Positions 38,343 to 48,631 of a stretch of DNA of 64,000 nt are shown here, in pieces. The notes beneath the pieces are model-generated. The model was not told the DNA's origin. It searched no databases and worked only from the letters and a program-made list of their open reading frames with translations. Position 1 is the stretch's first letter. Each line of letters opens with the position of its first letter. The stretch is taken from the NCBI GenBank assembly GCA_029570205.1, contig JAKQSI010000090.1, positions 37,674 through 101,673 of the forward strand, given 5' to 3'. Origin of the DNA: Candidatus Omnitrophota bacterium (GTDB taxonomy: Bacteria; Hinthialibacterota; Hinthialibacteria; Hinthialibacterales; JAKPRU01). A program made the position numbers and the translations under genes.

Positions 38343-39209
38343 TCAATCCCGCAACGGATAAATCTGGGGCGACACATCAAGATTGTCTATCAGCCGACAA
38401 CTCCCGACATAAATCGCTCCGATCAACAAATCCTCCGGAGAAACCTCTTCCACCGCGCGAAAACAACGCCGATTAACTACACCGATATAATCCGTACGAA
38501 CATGCGGCTCCGCGGCTATTACGCGACGCATGGCCTCTGTTAGACGCTCGCCGGAATGCTCACCCTGTTTGTACAGATCGCGGCCCAGTTGAAGCGCGCG
38601 AAATAACACCAGCGCCGCCTTCCTGTCTTCCGCAGTCAGATAGGTATTCCGCGAAGACATCGCGAGGCCGTCCGGTTCGCGAACGGTTTCTCCGACAATC
38701 ACCTGAATGGGAAATTTCAGATCTCGGACCATTTGTTTGAGTACCGCGACCTGCTGAGCATCTTTCTGTCCGAAATAAGCCCGATTCGGCTGTGTGATAT
38801 GAAACATCTGGCTAATAACGGTGGTGACCCCCCGGAAATGGGTAGGGCGCGTCGCTCCGCACCAGCCCCGGCTGGGACCGCCGGTCTCGACATAAGTCAC
38901 ATAATCGGGCGGATACATCTCTTCGGGGGTCGGCAGGAAAACGGCGGAGATTCCCAATTCCCGCAGCATTTTCAAATCGCGTTCCTCATCGCGCGGATAG
39001 CGCGCCAGATCCTCGCCGGGACCGAATTGCGTGGGATTGACAAACACAGTTACCACCGTTCGCCCGCCGTCCGCTAAAGAAAGCCGGCACAGAGACAGAT
39101 GCCCTTCATGCAAATAACCCATGGTCGGAACAACGCCGATTTCCTTGCCGGCAGCGCGCGGCTCCCGCACCCACCGCATCATTTCATTAACTTGACGAAT
39201 GATATCCAT
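38343..39209 (-). CDS. panC: Pantoate--beta-alanine ligase
   Basis: VPTMGYLHEGH, FVNPTQF, RPTHFRGV, FGQKDAQQ, GLAMSSRN, RLIDN. Confidence 0.96.
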   Translation of the reverse strand: MDIIRQVNEMMRWVREPRAAGKEIGVVPTMGYLHEGHLSLCRLSLADGGRTVVTVFVNPTQFGPGEDLARYPRDEERDLKMLRELGISAVFLPTPEEMYPPDYVTYVETGGPSRGWCGATRPTHFRGVTTVISQMFHITQPNRAYFGQKDAQQVAVLKQMVRDLKFPIQVIVGETVREPDGLAMSSRNTYLTAEDRKAALVLFRALQLGRDLYKQGEHSGERLTEAMRRVIAAEPHVRTDYIGVVNRRCFRAVEEVSPEDLLIGAIYVGSCRLIDNLDVSPQIYPLRD

Positions 39210-39246
39210 ACGATTTTCTCTACCTCTTTGGTTTTTGCTTCCGTCC

Positions 39247-39458
39247 GCTCCTCCCAAGAAAGCTCGGTCATCGACAGGCAGGGACGCCTGTCCCACCAGT
39301 GGGAGCGAAGTATGGCAATCTCATCGTTGGAGCATGTAAACCTGAGATCGCTATGTCGCAGCGCGTCGCAGACTCCGGGCTGCTCCTCCCAAGAAAGCTC
39401 GGTCATCGACAGGCAGGGACGCCTGTCCCACCAGTGGGCCAGGCGTCCCTGCCTGGCA
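39247..39458. repeat. BIME-like cluster: 57-bp direct repeat x2 plus an inverted REP (family D)
   Basis: Identical 39247-39303 and 39382-39438, each containing ACAGGCAGGGACGCCTGTCCCAC; inverted copy at 39434-39456. Confidence 0.85.
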
Positions 39459-39575
39459 AAGAACGGCGGGAAGCACGCTTTCTTTCCCAAATCACCGCCC
39501 CCGCCGGTGCGCCGCTCGCAAGAAACAGTGCAGGTCAGGCTCAAGCCCGTCTGCGGGCTAGCCCACCACTACCCG

Positions 39576-40916
39576 CTATTTCCCGAACGAGTACCAGTCT
39601 ATCTTTCTTGTCAGGTACATTACAGTCCCAAGAACGACAAACAGGCCGACCGAGCCGATCAGAAGCGCGTAGTCCTCGTTCATCAGAAGCACATAAAGAT
39701 ACGCATACAGGAGAGCGGTCACCGTTGCAATGACTCCGCCGCGACGAATTCCGCGGAGCACGGCAATGCAGTATGCTGAAATCAGGATCACAATCGCCGC
39801 GCTCGCGCACAGGTACGCCGCAAGAAATCCGATATGCTCCGCCAGGGAAAGTTCCAGCAGGTAAAACACACACATCCCCATGCCCACCAGGAGGTACTGG
39901 ATCGAATGAATGCGTACCCCGATCAGTACCTCAAAAAGCCACAAGGAAGCAAATGTCAGCGTCAGGAACAGAGTCTCATACTTGACGCTTCTCGCGGCCA
40001 TCCGGTAATGATCCACCGTCGAGATAAAATTGACACCGAACACCGAGGATGCAATGGCGCTCCGGATGTCCGAATGGCCCTTCCATCTCTGCGGATAATT
40101 CCTGCCGAGAAACGGGATGTTCCAGGTGGCTTGAAATCCGTTGCTGTCGAACGTTCGTTCGGAGGGAAGCCAATTGCCCTGGAAACTGGGGGCATCCCAG
40201 TCGGATCGAATCTCCACGCGGGTATCCCGACCGACCGGAGCAAAGAACGCTCCCATACTGCCGTTCAGCAGGAGCTGGTAAGAAAACGGATACTCTTGAG
40301 CCGACATCTGCCCTTTCAGGACCGCGTGGATTCCGGTGTTTTCTACGTTCGCCTCTCCCGCTCCCGGAGAAAACCCGATCTGTTCCCCGTTCCAACTGAG
40401 CATAACCTGGTTGGTAATCGCGTGGACATCCGATATTTCCTGGGTCAGGCAGGCTCGGTCCCAGAGAATGGTGTCGGGATCGATTGCCCAGTCGCTAAAA
40501 TCAGGCGGCGCAAATCGTCCTGTGATGTCCAGAGTCATTTCATAGATGGGCACTTCGAAGATACCCCGATGCCGGACCTGGCAATTGATTGTTCCGACGG
40601 TATGAACCTCTTCCGGGAGAAAGTGTGCATAATGCGTCTCGGTTCGGATGGCAACGACGCCCTTGTCGTCTTTCTCAGGTATCTCGACGATGTAGGGAAC
40701 GGTAATCATGGGGCCGATCAGGGTCTGTTGTCTGCCCCACTTGGAGGTCACATCCTCGATGGCTTGATCCCGCCGCATCTGACGCTCGCGGATCACACCC
40801 TCAATCATGGAAATCGGGATTTGAAGGATCAGGACCAGGAAAGCAATCAGAATCAGTCGAAGCAGCGGAGAATTCCGGATAAACGACTGCACACCACCGG
40901 TTTCACCATTAGTCAT
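39576..40916 (-). CDS. creD: Inner membrane protein CreD
   Basis: I.ERQ.RRD, W..PSF.G..LP, RSVKY..LF, IHSIQYLLVG, LLELSLAEH, MYLTRKIDWY. Confidence 0.93.
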   Translation of the reverse strand: MTNGETGGVQSFIRNSPLLRLILIAFLVLILQIPISMIEGVIRERQMRRDQAIEDVTSKWGRQQTLIGPMITVPYIVEIPEKDDKGVVAIRTETHYAHFLPEEVHTVGTINCQVRHRGIFEVPIYEMTLDITGRFAPPDFSDWAIDPDTILWDRACLTQEISDVHAITNQVMLSWNGEQIGFSPGAGEANVENTGIHAVLKGQMSAQEYPFSYQLLLNGSMGAFFAPVGRDTRVEIRSDWDAPSFQGNWLPSERTFDSNGFQATWNIPFLGRNYPQRWKGHSDIRSAIASSVFGVNFISTVDHYRMAARSVKYETLFLTLTFASLWLFEVLIGVRIHSIQYLLVGMGMCVFYLLELSLAEHIGFLAAYLCASAAIVILISAYCIAVLRGIRRGGVIATVTALLYAYLYVLLMNEDYALLIGSVGLFVVLGTVMYLTRKIDWYSFGK

Positions 40917-41037
40917 TTGAGTGCAACTCCTTGTTGTTTACGGGAAGAAAAGTGAATGATCGCCACCCGGGTATTCAGTCAAACGACGCTCCGGTCTATC
41001 CGGTAACGTCACCCGGCAGCGGTTGTACCGCCTCCAG

Positions 41038-42927
41038 CTACTTCCCCAGTTCCTTCAGCCGCGACTTCGGTAACAATACTCGAATCCATTCGGCATCGGA
41101 GGAGGCAGATTCCCGGAATTCGCCCAACTTACGGGCAAGTTCCTTTACCGCCTTTTCATCGATCTTCAGAGGGTACTGTTCCGCTACAGTCTGGTGCAGT
41201 TGCGCACGGATTTCCCGGCGGCGAGATTCCGCTATCTTTTGCCCGACCAGCGGAAGCGCTTCCTCAAAACTCCGCGCGCGGGATGGCTCGATGTCCGCGC
41301 AATAGTACAGGTCATATCCCAAATGCTCCGAGTAATCTTTCGACAACTGTGGCGGGACTACCAGACCCGGTTCCAGCTGCCCGGTTAGAGGAAACAGGCT
41401 CGCATACTCCGGCCCGAGCTGCCCCATCGTAACCTTGCCCACATATCCCCCCTGCGCGGCCGTGACCGGATCCGAGGAGTATTGCCGGGCCGCATCCTGA
41501 AACGGAAGGCCATCGTCGGCAATCTGCTGATACGCCTCTTCCGCGCCCAAACGCGCCTGCTCGAACGCCAGTGTCTGCTGAAACCGACTCATTTCCCGGG
41601 TAATCTTCGCCTCAAAAAAGATGCGGTATAACTCATACTTCGGCTCGGTGACAAATTCATCCGTATGGGATTCGTAATAGGCCCGCATGTCCTCATCGGT
41701 CAGTTCCTCTCGATCGATAAGAGACCGCACATATCGGTCCTCCAGCTCGAATTCGTCCCAGTATCGCACTCGCGGGGCAACATCCTCTTCCGTGTATCCT
41801 CTACGCCGGGCCTCCACGCGCAGGAACAGTGATGCGGCCATACGATCGAACCGATCCCGGCGCTCTTGCGTGGTCATTCCGGCCAGATCGCCGACCCTGT
41901 TTCGAAATTCACCAAAGGTCACCGGCGGAAGTCCCCGCACCTCCAGAATGACCGATGCATCCCTCACATCCGGGTCGGCCAGGAGATCCGGCTCGTAAAT
42001 CAGCCTGTCTCTTGCCACCAGCTGTTCGACAAGGATTTGTTCTTCCCGATGCCGACGTTCGGCATAAATCTTCCCGCGTATCTTCGCCTTTGTAATCGGC
42101 GTCAATTCCTCTTTCACCTCCGGCGTTCGGTCCATAAGCTGAAAGAACACGGCGCCTTTGGGCCGATCCAGGATATCCGTGTATTCTCCCGTGGCGCAGG
42201 AAAGAATCGCCGCCTCGATTTCCGGGGGCGTTCCCGGATCGCCTCGGGAGCGTGGCCCTTGCGCCTTGCCGCGAAGATGGGGTGGAGAGTCCGAATACTG
42301 CTGAGCGACTTCCTCGAAATCCTGCCCGGCTTCGAGTTTCTTCCTGGCCTCTTTCAGCCGTTCGATCGCTTTCTCACGGCCCCCGTTATTCTCATCAAAA
42401 GCCACAATTCCCCGAAAGGTGTATGTCTCTTTTTGGGTAAACTCCGATGGATTCTCCCGGTAGTATCGCTCCACATCCTCATCCGTCACAGAAATCTTCA
42501 GCTTGGTATCGATGTCAAGAACCAGCTGACCGAGTTTTTGGGCGACAATATCCTCCCGCCACTTCCGATAGTCCTCCGTCTCGTGGAGTTTTTCCGATCG
42601 AGCCATTTCGGCAACAACCCGTCGGTAGGCCATCTCCGGCAATGTGTCCCGAATCTCTTTTTCGATGGTCCCCTGAACTTTCTGAAGGAGCAGATAATCG
42701 AACTGGTTTCGTTCCACGAGGATTGCCAGCAGGTCACGCACTGTGAGGACCTCATCGCCATATCTCGCCAGTACAAGGTCCCCGTCGAAAGCGAGGCGGG
42801 TCCCGCTCCCGCAGTTCATCGCCATCAGTATGGCCGGAACAACAAACCAGAAATACCCGATTTGATAAATGCGCATTTTGTGCAGAATAGACATCATAGG
42901 AAAAATTCGCCTTATCTTAATCTCCAA
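41038..42927 (-). CDS. Exported peptidyl-prolyl isomerase with two parvulin (PpiC-type) domains
   Basis: DFEEVAQQYSD and FQDAARQYSSD..AAQGGYVG; start position uncertain. Confidence 0.85.
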   Translation of the reverse strand: MEIKIRRIFPMMSILHKMRIYQIGYFWFVVPAILMAMNCGSGTRLAFDGDLVLARYGDEVLTVRDLLAILVERNQFDYLLLQKVQGTIEKEIRDTLPEMAYRRVVAEMARSEKLHETEDYRKWREDIVAQKLGQLVLDIDTKLKISVTDEDVERYYRENPSEFTQKETYTFRGIVAFDENNGGREKAIERLKEARKKLEAGQDFEEVAQQYSDSPPHLRGKAQGPRSRGDPGTPPEIEAAILSCATGEYTDILDRPKGAVFFQLMDRTPEVKEELTPITKAKIRGKIYAERRHREEQILVEQLVARDRLIYEPDLLADPDVRDASVILEVRGLPPVTFGEFRNRVGDLAGMTTQERRDRFDRMAASLFLRVEARRRGYTEEDVAPRVRYWDEFELEDRYVRSLIDREELTDEDMRAYYESHTDEFVTEPKYELYRIFFEAKITREMSRFQQTLAFEQARLGAEEAYQQIADDGLPFQDAARQYSSDPVTAAQGGYVGKVTMGQLGPEYASLFPLTGQLEPGLVVPPQLSKDYSEHLGYDLYYCADIEPSRARSFEEALPLVGQKIAESRRREIRAQLHQTVAEQYPLKIDEKAVKELARKLGEFRESASSDAEWIRVLLPKSRLKELGK

Positions 42928-43126
42928 TTCATGCCCGGATTCCGGATTTCGCCGGAATGACGGTTATTCCCACGGGCAACCACGGGGGATTGCCCCTGCG
43001 AACGATGTTGCCTGTGAGCAGGCATTGCTTTCAAGAGACCCTTCCCCAGCTTGACGGACTGCGGGGACATGGTTAACGTTCCGGCAAAGCGGTTGTTTTT
43101 CGAGTTGTGATCGGAAAGGAATCCTG

Positions 43127-44041
43127 ATGGCCCATGACATTCTGATTCTCGGTGCGGGACCGGCCGGATTGGCCGCCGGGATTTATGCCGGACGCGGGAA
43201 TATGGACACAGTAATCTTCGAGCGAACGGCGGTCGGCGGGCAGATTTCCCTTACGAATGATGTCGAGAATTACCCCGGATTCCCCAATGGGGTGGGTGGA
43301 CAGGAGCTGGCTGACCTGTTTCTCAAACAGGCCGAACAATTCGGGGCCGGGCTGGTCAACCAGGCCGTGAATGAAATCTCGAAATCCGACCATATCTTTC
43401 ACGTATCGGGATCGAGAGGGCAATGGAAAGGGAAATCCCTTATTTTCGCCTGCGGGGCGGATCCCAGACGGCTGGAGATTCCAGGTGAAAAAGAATTCAC
43501 CGGACGGGGTGTTTCGTATTGCGCCACCTGCGACGGCTTTTTCTTCCGAGGCAAACATGTAATGGTAGTCGGCGGCGGCGATGCGGCCCTGGAAGAAGGT
43601 CTCTTCCTGACCCGGTTCGCCGAGACTGTTACCATCGTCCACCGCCGGGAGCAGCTGCGCGCCTCGAAGATCCTTCAGAACCGCGCTTTCAAAAATGAAA
43701 AGATTTCTTTTCGTTGGGATACTGTTCTCATAGAAATCTGCGGCGAGACTACTGTAACATACGTCAAGGCCAAAAACGTTAAGACAGACCAGGTTGAAGA
43801 GATTCCCATTGACGGTGTGTTTGTCTTTGTCGGGCATATCCCCAATACCGGCCTGGTGAAAAACCTGGTGGAGATGGATGAACAGGGGCTGATCCGGGTG
43901 AATGAATCCATGCAGTCTTCCCTGCCGGGCCTGTTTGCCTGCGGCGACTGCCGTTCCGGAACGGTGCGCCAGATGGTTCAGGCCGCCGGGGATGGAGCGA
44001 CTGCCGCCATTGGCGCGATAAAATATGTAGATAGTCTGTAG
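43127..44041 (+). CDS. trxB: Thioredoxin-disulfide reductase
   Basis: GAGPAGLAA, VENYPGF, GVSYCATCDG, GGGDAALEE. Confidence 0.95.
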   Translation: MAHDILILGAGPAGLAAGIYAGRGNMDTVIFERTAVGGQISLTNDVENYPGFPNGVGGQELADLFLKQAEQFGAGLVNQAVNEISKSDHIFHVSGSRGQWKGKSLIFACGADPRRLEIPGEKEFTGRGVSYCATCDGFFFRGKHVMVVGGGDAALEEGLFLTRFAETVTIVHRREQLRASKILQNRAFKNEKISFRWDTVLIEICGETTVTYVKAKNVKTDQVEEIPIDGVFVFVGHIPNTGLVKNLVEMDEQGLIRVNESMQSSLPGLFACGDCRSGTVRQMVQAAGDGATAAIGAIKYVDSL

Positions 44042-44076
44042 CAGGCGACCGATCGCGAAATCCCGATCGACTGGAG

Positions 44077-44907
44077 ATGGCAATGAGACGTGTTCCGTTT
44101 CGTGGACGAAATCCTCTTCAGGTTGTCGAGAAGGAAGTCGAGACCCTGGGAGTCGCGGCGGAGGAGTTTTTTCGAAACGCGGGCGCGATGACCGCTCTGT
44201 TCTTTCAAGCGATTGCCATGGCTTTTTCTCCGCCTTTTCGATGGCGGATTATCGTAGAGCAGATGGTTCGGATCGGAGTGGAATCTCTCCCGATTGCCCT
44301 CCTCACCTCCGCATTCACCGGCGCGGTGTTTGTCATGCAGACCGGTGTGGAGTTGGCAAAATGGGGGGCCAAGGTCTATTCCAGCGGAATCAGCGCAATC
44401 GGTTTCGCGCGGGAGCTCGGTCCCGTTCTTACCTCGGTGGTCCTTGCCGGGCGGGTTGGAGCCGGGATTACCGCTGAAATCGGAACCATGAAAGTCACGG
44501 AACAAATCGATGCCCTGAAAACGCTTGCCACCAACCCTGTCTCCTACCTGGTAACGCCCCGGTTGATAGCGGCCGTCCTGATGCTTCCGGCGATCACCGT
44601 TCTTGCCGTCTTTATCGGGCTGACCGGCGGGCTGGTCGTCGGCATTTTCATCCTGAATATCCCCGTGACCCAATACATCTCCACCGTGTTTACCTGGCTG
44701 GAATACCCGCATTACATCACGGGGATCCTGAAAACCGTGGTATTCGGCGCAATTATCGCCGTCGTGGGATGCCATTACGGATTTGAGGCCGGGTGGGGTG
44801 CGGAAGGAGTCGGAGAAGCCACCACCCAGTCCGTGGTGACCTCTTCCATTCTGATTCTCATCGCAGACTTCTTTCTCAGCGCCTGGATACTCTATTTCAT
44901 CCCTTGA
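44077..44907 (+). CDS. mlaE: MlaE family ABC permease
   Basis: RELGPVL..AGRVGAGITAEIGTMKVTEQIDAL; GAEGVGEATT. Confidence 0.93.
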   Translation: MAMRRVPFRGRNPLQVVEKEVETLGVAAEEFFRNAGAMTALFFQAIAMAFSPPFRWRIIVEQMVRIGVESLPIALLTSAFTGAVFVMQTGVELAKWGAKVYSSGISAIGFARELGPVLTSVVLAGRVGAGITAEIGTMKVTEQIDALKTLATNPVSYLVTPRLIAAVLMLPAITVLAVFIGLTGGLVVGIFILNIPVTQYISTVFTWLEYPHYITGILKTVVFGAIIAVVGCHYGFEAGWGAEGVGEATTQSVVTSSILILIADFFLSAWILYFIP

Positions 44908-46109
44908 TTTTCATTCTTCACGGGCGGTTGGACCGGACCTTCTTCAATAATCCGGGCATACGCCTGTTCCAGTTTTTCGCCGATGATATCCAGGTGGTGG
45001 TTCTGCTCTACATATTGTCGTGCCTGCATTCCCAGTTTGGCGCGGAATTCCGGATTGTTGACCAATTGAACGATGGCCTCCGCAAATTGCGCCGGATTTT
45101 CCGCGATAATGACCTCTTCATTGTGACGGACACCCAGGCCCTCGCATCCCAGCACAGTGGTCACAACGGCCATTCCCGCCGCCATGGCCTCCAGGAGTTT
45201 ATTTCGCACGCCGGCTCCTACACGCAGCGGGCAGACATAAACATCCTCCTGATACAGATGGTCGGCCATCCGCTTCACGTTCGCTTTCACAATCAGACCC
45301 ATCTTATCGTTCAGGTTGCTGATTTCCGGGGTCGGGCGTGCGCCGATGATCTCCGTCTTAATCCCACCGAGGCGCATCCGGACACGGGGCCAGATTTCCT
45401 CTTTGTAATAGCGGATGGCATCAATGTTGGGAAAATAGAACAGGCTGCCGGTGATTATACAACGGGGCAGCGCCACATTGCCGCGAGTCCGAGGCAGAAA
45501 CTCTTCCGTGTTGACTCCATTCTGAATAATCTCGATCGGCGCGGAGGGATGATCCTGCTGAAATCGCGCCAAGTCCACAACGGAACACAGCAGACCCAGA
45601 TTCACATGTTCCAGAATCTTTGTTTCGTAACGGGGGATCGTAGCCAGGTCGTAGCCGTCTATGATCCGGTCCAGGAAACGGATCCGGTAAGGCGTACTGC
45701 GCTCCAGGTACAAGGCCATGGAGTCGGTGAAGTCGATCAGCTTGGGTACACCCGGCAGATCGATCGCGTACTGCCCCATGCGCATTCGGTCGAAATGGAT
45801 CACGTCCACCGTATGATTCCGGACAAAATCTCGCAGCGCGATTCGCAATTGTGAGGACCGACACCACCCCACCCGCAGCGGTTCACCCCGGAATATGGAG
45901 AAAAAGGCCGAGATTGAACCGCCGGGCCGGAACGCTTTCGCATTTGCGCCCAATTTGGCGATCCGGACCGTGTCATCCATGGTCTGAACCGGCAACTGAA
46001 GCGCCAGGACATCCACCTGATGACGCTTCGCCAGGTAGCGCAAGAAATTAAAGGGACGTCGCCCATCCGTCTCCGTCGGTATGACGGGTGTCACAAAAAG
46101 GATTCTCAT
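44892..46109 (-). CDS. Glycosyltransferase family 4
   Basis: PLRVGAGVRNKLLEAMAAG; NGVN; PNIDA. Confidence 0.9.
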   Translation of the reverse strand: MRILFVTPVIPTETDGRRPFNFLRYLAKRHQVDVLALQLPVQTMDDTVRIAKLGANAKAFRPGGSISAFFSIFRGEPLRVGWCRSSQLRIALRDFVRNHTVDVIHFDRMRMGQYAIDLPGVPKLIDFTDSMALYLERSTPYRIRFLDRIIDGYDLATIPRYETKILEHVNLGLLCSVVDLARFQQDHPSAPIEIIQNGVNTEEFLPRTRGNVALPRCIITGSLFYFPNIDAIRYYKEEIWPRVRMRLGGIKTEIIGARPTPEISNLNDKMGLIVKANVKRMADHLYQEDVYVCPLRVGAGVRNKLLEAMAAGMAVVTTVLGCEGLGVRHNEEVIIAENPAQFAEAIVQLVNNPEFRAKLGMQARQYVEQNHHLDIIGEKLEQAYARIIEEGPVQPPVKNENQGMK

Positions 46110-46186
46110 CTTGCCGTGGATTTCGCGTGAGATTCGTCTATCCTTAATTATTTAAGCGCAAGTCAAATCGAAATGGGAGAGAGACT

Positions 46187-46837
46187 GTGGGCGAACGGAT
46201 TCTGGTTATTCAACGCGAGGCCCTCCCGGCAGGATTGCCCCGAAAGGGATTCTGGGCCTGCCCTGAAAAGGCGGCATTGGACTCAATGCAAACCTATCGG
46301 TTCCTGGACCGCACCCCCGCCGAGAAAGACCCTTCTTTCAAGCAGATTATTACATATATTGTGCTTCGTTGCGGCGATTCGATCTTCCGATATTGGCGGA
46401 CAAAAAAAGCCGGGGAGTCACGCCTTCACCATCTCTATTCCATTGGTGTCGGGGGACATATCAATGAACGCGATGTCAACCTGTTCAGCTCTTCGGTGGA
46501 TGAAGTTCTGAAGGAAGCCGCCATGCGCGAATTGCGGGAGGAAGTGGTTGTTCCCATGGGAAGTCGCCCGCATTTCGAGGGACTATTGAATGATGATGAA
46601 ACGGAAGTCGGTCAGGTGCATCTCGGAATGGTTTTCTCCTGCGAGGTGGATCGAGTAAAAGTCGCCATTCGTGAAACCGGCGCTCTCGCCAGGGGAGAAT
46701 GGATACAATCCCACAAACTTCCCGATGGTGTGGACTATGAAACCTGGTCGGAAATCCTGATTCGAGACTGGCTCCTGGCGGATCGGTCCGAAGACGGGTC
46801 TGAACCTGCCCCGCTTGGGCCGAAAATGGCCCAATAA
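46187..46837 (+). CDS. Predicted NUDIX-family phosphoesterase
   Basis: AEKDPSFKQII, ESRLH..SIGVGGHIN, RELREE, VGQVHLG. Confidence 0.85.
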   Translation: MGERILVIQREALPAGLPRKGFWACPEKAALDSMQTYRFLDRTPAEKDPSFKQIITYIVLRCGDSIFRYWRTKKAGESRLHHLYSIGVGGHINERDVNLFSSSVDEVLKEAAMRELREEVVVPMGSRPHFEGLLNDDETEVGQVHLGMVFSCEVDRVKVAIRETGALARGEWIQSHKLPDGVDYETWSEILIRDWLLADRSEDGSEPAPLGPKMAQ

Positions 46838-46895
46838 TTGCTTCTCCAAAATGTGAGCGTTACTGAAACAACCGGCAGGGCGTTTTGTACGCTGT

Positions 46896-46914
46896 GCAAC
46901 CGATTATCGGTTGC
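46896..46914. promoter_or_regulatory. Perfect palindrome, candidate operator
   Basis: GCAACCGAT-t-ATCGGTTGC, 35 nt upstream of a small ORF. Confidence 0.45.
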
Positions 46915-46949
46915 CGAAATCTTCTATCTTGAAGGATGAGGTTCGTATC

Positions 46950-47048
46950 ATGACATCCTATGCAAGAGATATGTGTTTTATTCTGGCATTTGTGTTTGTC
47001 GCCACGGCGGGCCTGGTTGGCCTGGGCATTGAACTGATCGGCGGGTAG
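46950..47048 (+). CDS. 32-aa hydrophobic peptide (not in the ORF track)
   Basis: AAGGATGAGG RBS; MTSYARDMCFILAFVFVATAGLVGLGIELIGG. Confidence 0.5.
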   Translation: MTSYARDMCFILAFVFVATAGLVGLGIELIGG

Positions 47049-47173
47049 CTGACACACCGCTCAAACATCGCTTTATGTTTTTACGGACTGGGTTCCTGCA
47101 AATGGCTCTGGAGCAGGCGCTTTCTTCCGCTTCGTACACCGGTCCGATTTGTCCACTGTATTCGCTGCAACCC

Positions 47174-48631
47174 TTACAGCGCACGGAAGCTGGGGACACT
47201 CGATGCCCCATATTCGCGCAAAAGGGCCTGCAAGCGCTTCTCCATTTCTATTCGAACTTCAAATGAAGCGGCGTTCTCAATCAGATTGACCATCTCGCGC
47301 GGATCATTCTTCAGGTCGTATAGCTCGTTCAAATCGAAAATCCCGTGGTACCACATATACTTGTATTCATCGGTGCGAACGCCCAGAACCGTCGGAGTCT
47401 GGGGAAATGATTCTTCCCAGAAATACTCGTAGAGAAACGCATCCCGCCATTCCGGCTGTTCGCCCCGCGCGAGCGGCAGAAAAGATTTCCCCTGGACCGT
47501 ATTGGGAATGGAGAGTCCGGCCGCATCCAGAACGGTCGGCGCGACATCGAGATTCAACACCATCTGCTTGTTGCGCTGCCCCGCCGGAATCATCTCCGGG
47601 CAATGGGCAATCATCGGAACACGAATGGATTCCTCATACATGCACCGCTTGTCGATCAAGCCGTGCTCTCCGAAAAGAAATCCGTTGTCTCCCATGAATA
47701 GAATCAGCGTGGAGTCCAGCAAGCCCAGCTCCTCCAGTGTCTTCATCAATTCTCCGATACTGTCATCCACACTGAGCATGGTTCGGTTATAGCCGAGAAC
47801 AAACTCCTCATAGGTGATCGTGTCGTGAAACATGTAGTCCACGCCGTGCCAGCTATGCCGTTGCCGACGGACCCAGCGTGGTTTCCCGGCGTAATTCTCT
47901 TCCGTATCCGCCATGGAAGCAGGACGCGGAATTGTCACATCCGCGTAAGCATTCTTGTGGCGTTCCGGCGGCTCGAACATCGCATGAACCGCCTTGTGGG
48001 AGAGATACAGGCAGAACGGCGCATTGCGTTCTTTGCGCAGCCATTCCACTGCATACTCGGTCAGCAGATCGGAAATATGTCCCCGGAGGTCCACCGATTT
48101 GCCGTTGATATTGAATGTCGGATTGAGATACACCCCCTGGCCGCGAAAACTGATCCAATGGTTGAACCCCGGACGCGGGCTGTCGGCGCTGCCGCCCATG
48201 TGCCATTTCCCGATGAAGGCCGTGTCGTATCCGGCCTTTTGCAGTTCAATAGGGAAAGTAGGCGTATTTTCGGGCAACAGTGTGGAATTGTTCGACACGC
48301 CGTGAACATGCGCGTATTGCCCGCTGAGACATGTCGCCCGGCTTGGCGAACAGAGCGCCGTAGTCACAAAGGCGTTCTCGAACAGCGCCCCGTTTTGCGC
48401 CAATCGGTCCAGATGCGGCGTTTGCAGAAACGGATGTCCCATGCAACTCATGGAGTCGTAGCGCATATCGTCGATGAGAATGAAAATGATGTTGCGTCTA
48501 CTCTGTGAAGCGGCCGGCGTCTGGGACAGAGAACCGATGAACGGAAAGGACGCTCCCGCCGCACCGGCCAGACTCAGGAAATTGCGTCGGTTCAAGCCCG
48601 CATTGCTTAGAGATTGTTTTGCAGTTCCCAT
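47174..48631 (-). CDS. Sulfatase, Tat-exported (N-acetylglucosamine-6-sulfatase-like)
   Basis: LNRRNFL; NIIFILIDD; CSPSR; GKWH; HKAVH; DNG..GEHGLIDKR. Confidence 0.92.
   Translation of the reverse strand: MGTAKQSLSNAGLNRRNFLSLAGAAGASFPFIGSLSQTPAASQSRRNIIFILIDDMRYDSMSCMGHPFLQTPHLDRLAQNGALFENAFVTTALCSPSRATCLSGQYAHVHGVSNNSTLLPENTPTFPIELQKAGYDTAFIGKWHMGGSADSPRPGFNHWISFRGQGVYLNPTFNINGKSVDLRGHISDLLTEYAVEWLRKERNAPFCLYLSHKAVHAMFEPPERHKNAYADVTIPRPASMADTEENYAGKPRWVRRQRHSWHGVDYMFHDTITYEEFVLGYNRTMLSVDDSIGELMKTLEELGLLDSTLILFMGDNGFLFGEHGLIDKRCMYEESIRVPMIAHCPEMIPAGQRNKQMVLNLDVAPTVLDAAGLSIPNTVQGKSFLPLARGEQPEWRDAFLYEYFWEESFPQTPTVLGVRTDEYKYMWYHGIFDLNELYDLKNDPREMVNLIENAASFEVRIEMEKRLQALLREYGASSVPSFRAL

Noticed and set aside
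39247..39438. Mini CRISPR array
   Set aside because: Only two 57-bp repeats with a 78-bp spacer, REP-like content, and no cas genes
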